DNA of 39,074 nucleotides, taken from Octopus bimaculoides (Eukaryota). Shown here one piece after another: positions 34,521 through 39,074 of the stretch (position 1 is the stretch's first letter; every line of letters starts with the position of its first letter). Position numbers and translations under genes: made by a program. The notes under the pieces were generated by a model. The model saw only the letters and a list, made by a program, of their open reading frames with translations. It searched no databases and had not been told where the DNA came from. The stretch is from NCBI RefSeq assembly GCF_001194135.2, contig NC_068986.1:27643547-27682620 (forward strand), written 5' to 3'.

Positions 34521-36139
34521 TGCGATGATATATGATACAGCTGTAGTAGCCGTGAAGGCTTTGGTCATTGATGTATTATTGCTTTTGGTGGTGATATCGT
34601 TAGTCATGTTTTAATTCGTTGTTGTTGTTGTTGTGGTAGTGGCGGTGGCAGTGGTGGTTGTTGTTGTTGCTGGCAATGACGATAGCCATAGTGGTAGTAC
34701 ACGTGTGGAAGTCGCTGTAGCCATTCAAAATGCAATACTAAGTATATCCAGGAGGGTTTTTACTCTGATGTAATAATGCAGATATTATCCAGCTTTCATT
34801 GTCACAAGGAAACAATCACGGAACGGAATTGTCTCTAGTATCCAATCACTGCTGGCAGCCATTGGTGTTGCTGGTGCATATTGTCACTCGCACTCATACG
34901 TACACTGGAAGAAATATCGGCTTCCCACAAGTCGACAATCTAACTGAAGGAATCTTCTGTCCGACTGATGTTAGATTAGAGAAGAAATTTTGCACTATTG
35001 ATCAAGTGGCCTAATTGAAAAATATCTGATCATTCCGCCTGTCCATTTAAAAGTGTGTGTGTGTGTGTCTTTTCTATTGATTGTAACTAGTTCTTGAGCT
35101 AGCACCTCTCACTCTCTCTGCCACGCACACTGCATTACTTCAAGTCGGAAAAATAACGTAAAAGGGGGTGTTTGTCTACGCACACATTCATGTTCACTCT
35201 CACTCATACACGCAGGTTTGCTTACAAATGTACATACACATACGTTCACACATTCACGCACATATTCATACACACATGCACATACTTACACACATGTTCA
35301 CACATACGTATTCATACATGTACACACACCATAATTTGTATTGAGCTTTACAACCAATGTTGGAGTTGCAAGTGTGATTACAAAGAATATTAGTATTGTT
35401 GTGTTAAGGAGGGTACCTCTGCATAGTTCCTAGGTCTGCTAGAAATGGAAACCAAATGTCCCATTAATTTCTTCCTATCATCGGTTGTTCTTAGTTTTTT
35501 TTTTTGCAAAAAATAAGTCATATTCGATAATATATACAAAAAACACTATATCTTAAAGAAAAGATGAGATGGCCACGGTTGGAACATCTCTGATCATGGG
35601 TCTAGTTGGCAAGGGCTGAGCTTGGATTAAACAACTTTATATCTGCATTGGCAACAATAATTAGAACTAAATTCACTACTTGTAACTAATATTACACATA
35701 AAAGGTTGTAAGTCTGGAGATAACCTCTCTAGTGTTGGCATCAAGCTAAAAATATCAGAATAATTCTGTCGTAATAATTGTTTGTAGGACGGGAATCCGA
35801 TCTTTAAAAAACGAATCTGCTACAACTTCTGATATAATGGATTTCCTCTGACTGTCATTACTCATAGGCAATGTTCATAACTTTCAGATGCCATTCCAAA
35901 TTGGCAAAGCCACAATGTGGTTGGTTAATAAACAAACTGAATGTCTGTAAGATGACATCTATAGGGAAAAATGCGGCTGGAGGGAATTTCCAGAAGATTG
36001 TGTTTCTAGGGTGGAAGAAATGACTAAATTGTTTAGGTTTGGATAGTGAGTGAAAATATATGTAGTCATTGGAGGAAAAGTAGGTACTTCAAATTGGGTT
36101 GAGCTGAAGTGAGTAGTCATCATCATTGTGCAGCACCCA

Positions 36140-36598
36140 CCTTTGCATGTAGTGGCTATGCTGGAGCACCATGTTGAAGGATTTAGTCCCCAAAAAATTA
36201 ATTGCCCTCAGTACTTATTTTTTAAAAGTCAGATACTATTTTATCAGTCTCTTTTGCTGAGCTGTTCAGTTACAGAGATGCAAAGAAACCAACACTGGTT
36301 GTCAAGTGGTGGTAGTGAACAAACACAGGCATAAAGACACACACACACACAGGCATAAAGACACACACACACAGAGGCATAAAGACACACACACACACAC
36401 ACACACACTCGTGTGTGTGTGTGTGTGTACACAATATGAGCTTCCACACAGTTTCCATCTACCAAATTCATTCACAAAGCTTTGGTCAGCTTGGTACCAT
36501 AGTAGAAGACACTTGCCAAGGTGTCATACCCTGGGATTGAACCTGAAACTGCATAGCTACAAAGCAAGCTCTTCTTAACCACACAGCTATGCCTGTAC
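36140..36598 (-). mobile_element. Family A SINE, full length, with internal 24-bp minisatellite
   Basis: Head at 36530-36598 and CORE-like gacacttgccaaggtg. aggcataaagac occurs three times (36327, 36351, 36375). Tail ggctatgctggagcacc lies near 36163. Confidence 0.85.
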
Positions 36599-37118
36599 TT
36601 ATTGTTGTCAAAAAGATTTTTATGTTTGTTTTTAAATTTAATTTTAACTTAGCAAAAATTTTTTTCTTTCTCTTTTTTTTTCCCCCCATTTACGTTGAAT
36701 GTGGATTATTTAGCTTCGGTTTAACATATTATTAGCTTTATATAAAGTGGTTAATCGCTTGAATTAGGAGAAGCAACCTTGGTTACAGTTTGTATCTATG
36801 ATCAAGACTTATGCTTGCCCTTGGGCTACCAAAGAATGAAATCTCGGCAACTAATCCACTTAATCCCACTTCAGAAACTTCATCTTGTGACACATTGATT
36901 TGGCTGGTGGTGGTGGGTTCTTTTAGATGGTCACTTGAAAGTAGGAGACTTACTTAATGTCATAAATACCACCACCACCACCACCACCACTACCATCATT
37001 ACAAATACTACCTTCGTTACCACCACCAACTCCACTACTTCCACCACCACCACCATCACTTTCACCATCATAATGCCCTGTTTAAATTTTACTAAAACAG
37101 TCCTTTTTTCTTTCTTGG

Positions 37119-37201
37119 TCTCTCCCTCTCTTTTGCTCTCTCTCTCTTTGTCTCTCTCTCTCTTTGTCTCTCTCTCTCTTCGTCTCTCTCTCTCTTCGTC
37201 T

Positions 37202-37233
<32 letters not shown>

Positions 37234-37490
37234 TTCTTTGTCTCTCTCTCTCTTTGTCTCTCTCTCTTTGTCTCTCTCTCTTTGTCTCTCTCTCTTTGTC
37301 TCTCTCTCTTTGTCTCTCTCTCTTTGTCTCTCTCTCTGTCTCTCTTTGTCTCTCTTTGTCTCTCTCTGTCTCTCTTTGTCTCCCTCTCTTCGTCTCTCTC
37401 TCTCTCTCTCTTTGTCTCTCTCTCTTTGTCTCTCTCTCTCTTTGTCTCTCTCTCTCTTTGTCTCTCTCCCCCCCCTCTCTCTCTCTCTCT
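37119..37490. repeat. (CT)n array punctuated by ttg/ttcg, units of 8-16 bp (tctctctttg)
   Basis: Direct reading. Confidence 0.95.
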
Positions 37491-38122
37491 CACACACATA
37501 TGCACACACACATTCTCAGTCTTCATCACTTTTTTCAAGTTATTATTACACATCTTATTTTTGCATGTGTTAAGATCTCTCTCCTTTTGGTCTCTTCTTA
37601 TCCTTCTTCACCTTCATTTTGTATCCTGATGAGGACATGCATTTCAACTGTAAACACATACTCCACCATACTCCTTCTGTTATCAAGGTCCTTTTTGAAC
37701 ACTCCTTACTTCTCATACTCCTTTTAAACTGTAGACCATAACTCCTTATGTACCTGGCTTCCCTATTTTTCTCTGCCCTCTTTTCTCTCTGTCACTTTTT
37801 TGTTTCCTCCAGCTGTCATTTCCGTTCCACTCTTTGTTATACCTGTTTCCTTTTCCTTGTCTTTTCTCTCTAATTATCATTTTCTCTCTTTTATCTCTTC
37901 ATATCTACCATCTCCTATCCTATTCTTCATGCCTAGTCTTTCTCTATTCTCTTACTTTTCTGGTTTGCTCTTTCCTCCTGCATCATCATCTCTACTCTTT
38001 GTCTTAGAATGATTTGAATAGCTGAGTAGTCTGTTAAATTACGGGACTAGGAATATGCTAGAACATGGATGGCTTGGTCTACGCAGTGCTAATGACCATA
38101 GTTTCTTGGTGCTGTAGACTAA

Positions 38123-38324
38123 CCCACTGCATTTATTTTGAGATGCTCTGTGTTTCTTGGAATTACTTTAAATATAACAAAGAATTTAGTAAAATAACTT
38201 AGTTATCATTCAGCTAGTATTAGGAACATAAATTGTGACTAAGGTTTGGTGGAAGATTTTAATTCAAAACTTATGAAAACAAAACATTTGTACTCTGGTT
38301 TCAGCCATGTTGGTAATGAAAAGG
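38123..38324. mobile_element. Family M1 MITE, diverged
   Basis: TAA+CCC start and tggtaatgaaaagg+TTAA end. The interior agaatttagtaaaataac...aggaacataaat matches M1. Confidence 0.65.
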
Positions 38325-38819
38325 TTAATTATGGACAGTGGTAGAACAAGGAAAATTTGAGAAAAATTACTTTAATCAGATCTCTTACTCCCTTCTTCAC
38401 TAAATTATTGAGTGAAATTATCTCATTTCATAAAAGAAAGAGAGATATATCTTTGGTACACTTTATTTGTAAGAACTTTTGTCCCTGTATAAATTACCTA
38501 AGTTTAAGCCTTTATATCTTGTGTAGAACAACTGTGAAATTATCAACAAAATTTGATCAAGAACAAACTAGAAAGAAACAATATATATTTCCATTACATC
38601 CTTCCCTGCAGGAAGATGGTAAAACTTGCAAATGTGAATGGCATGCTCTGTTTAATTCACAGAACTTTTAAATTTCACCCTCTTCCATTTTTGTCTCACA
38701 CATATTTGTGTATAAAGGTGTATAGAGAGATGTTCTCATGAGTAACAAGAAAAAAAAAAAGGAAGAAATTTAGAGTGCTTCATGTATACTTTTGGAGAAA
38801 GAGCATAGAGTCGGTTAAT

Positions 38820-38843
38820 GTATGTGCGCGTGTGTGTATATGT

Positions 38844-38900
<57 letters not shown>

Positions 38901-39009
38901 TACACACATAGAGACACACACACAAGTATGTATTTATATACATTTATATTGATATATCTATATAAATATGTATATATATACACATACATATATATATATT
39001 GATATATTT

Positions 39010-39074
<65 letters not shown>
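38820..39074. repeat. Compound (CA)n/(TA)n tract
   Basis: Direct reading. Confidence 0.92.

Noticed and set aside
14839-37490. CRISPR-like or regularly spaced arrays
   Set aside because: The repeats are contiguous micro- or minisatellites without unique spacers, in a eukaryotic context.
33524-37727. ORFs of YI, VC, HT, ER and SL dipeptide repeats
   Set aside because: These are translations of TA, TG, CA and CT microsatellites, which lack stop codons.
1-39074. Conserved miRNA, snRNA or rRNA genes
   Set aside because: A by-eye check for common bilaterian mature miRNAs and structural RNA motifs found none; an Rfam/Infernal scan would be needed to exclude them.

Overview
This is an AT-rich, microsatellite-dense eukaryotic scaffold with 13 N-gaps (about 5.4 kb, ~14% of the window), most flanked by simple repeats as in a short-read assembly. 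The repeat content suggests an octopus or other cephalopod genome; this is an inference from recalled sequences, not a database result. No host protein-coding gene can be named. Nearly all long ORFs in the supplied track are artefacts of N-gaps or microsatellites. The only recognisable protein is a decayed Tc1/mariner transposase (18203-18724, minus strand) in a TA-flanked, internally deleted element inserted into a SINE. The other supportable content is: several tRNA-derived SINE families, TTAA-flanked piggyBac-type MITEs, an unclassified dispersed repeat, a Penelope-type minimal hammerhead ribozyme motif (28230-28257, minus), and a CpG-rich first ~7 kb containing a motif-dense promoter-like cassette at 4045-4280. 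A few small candidate exons are reported at low confidence. I found no single, clearly novel biological system; the best leads are listed as findings.
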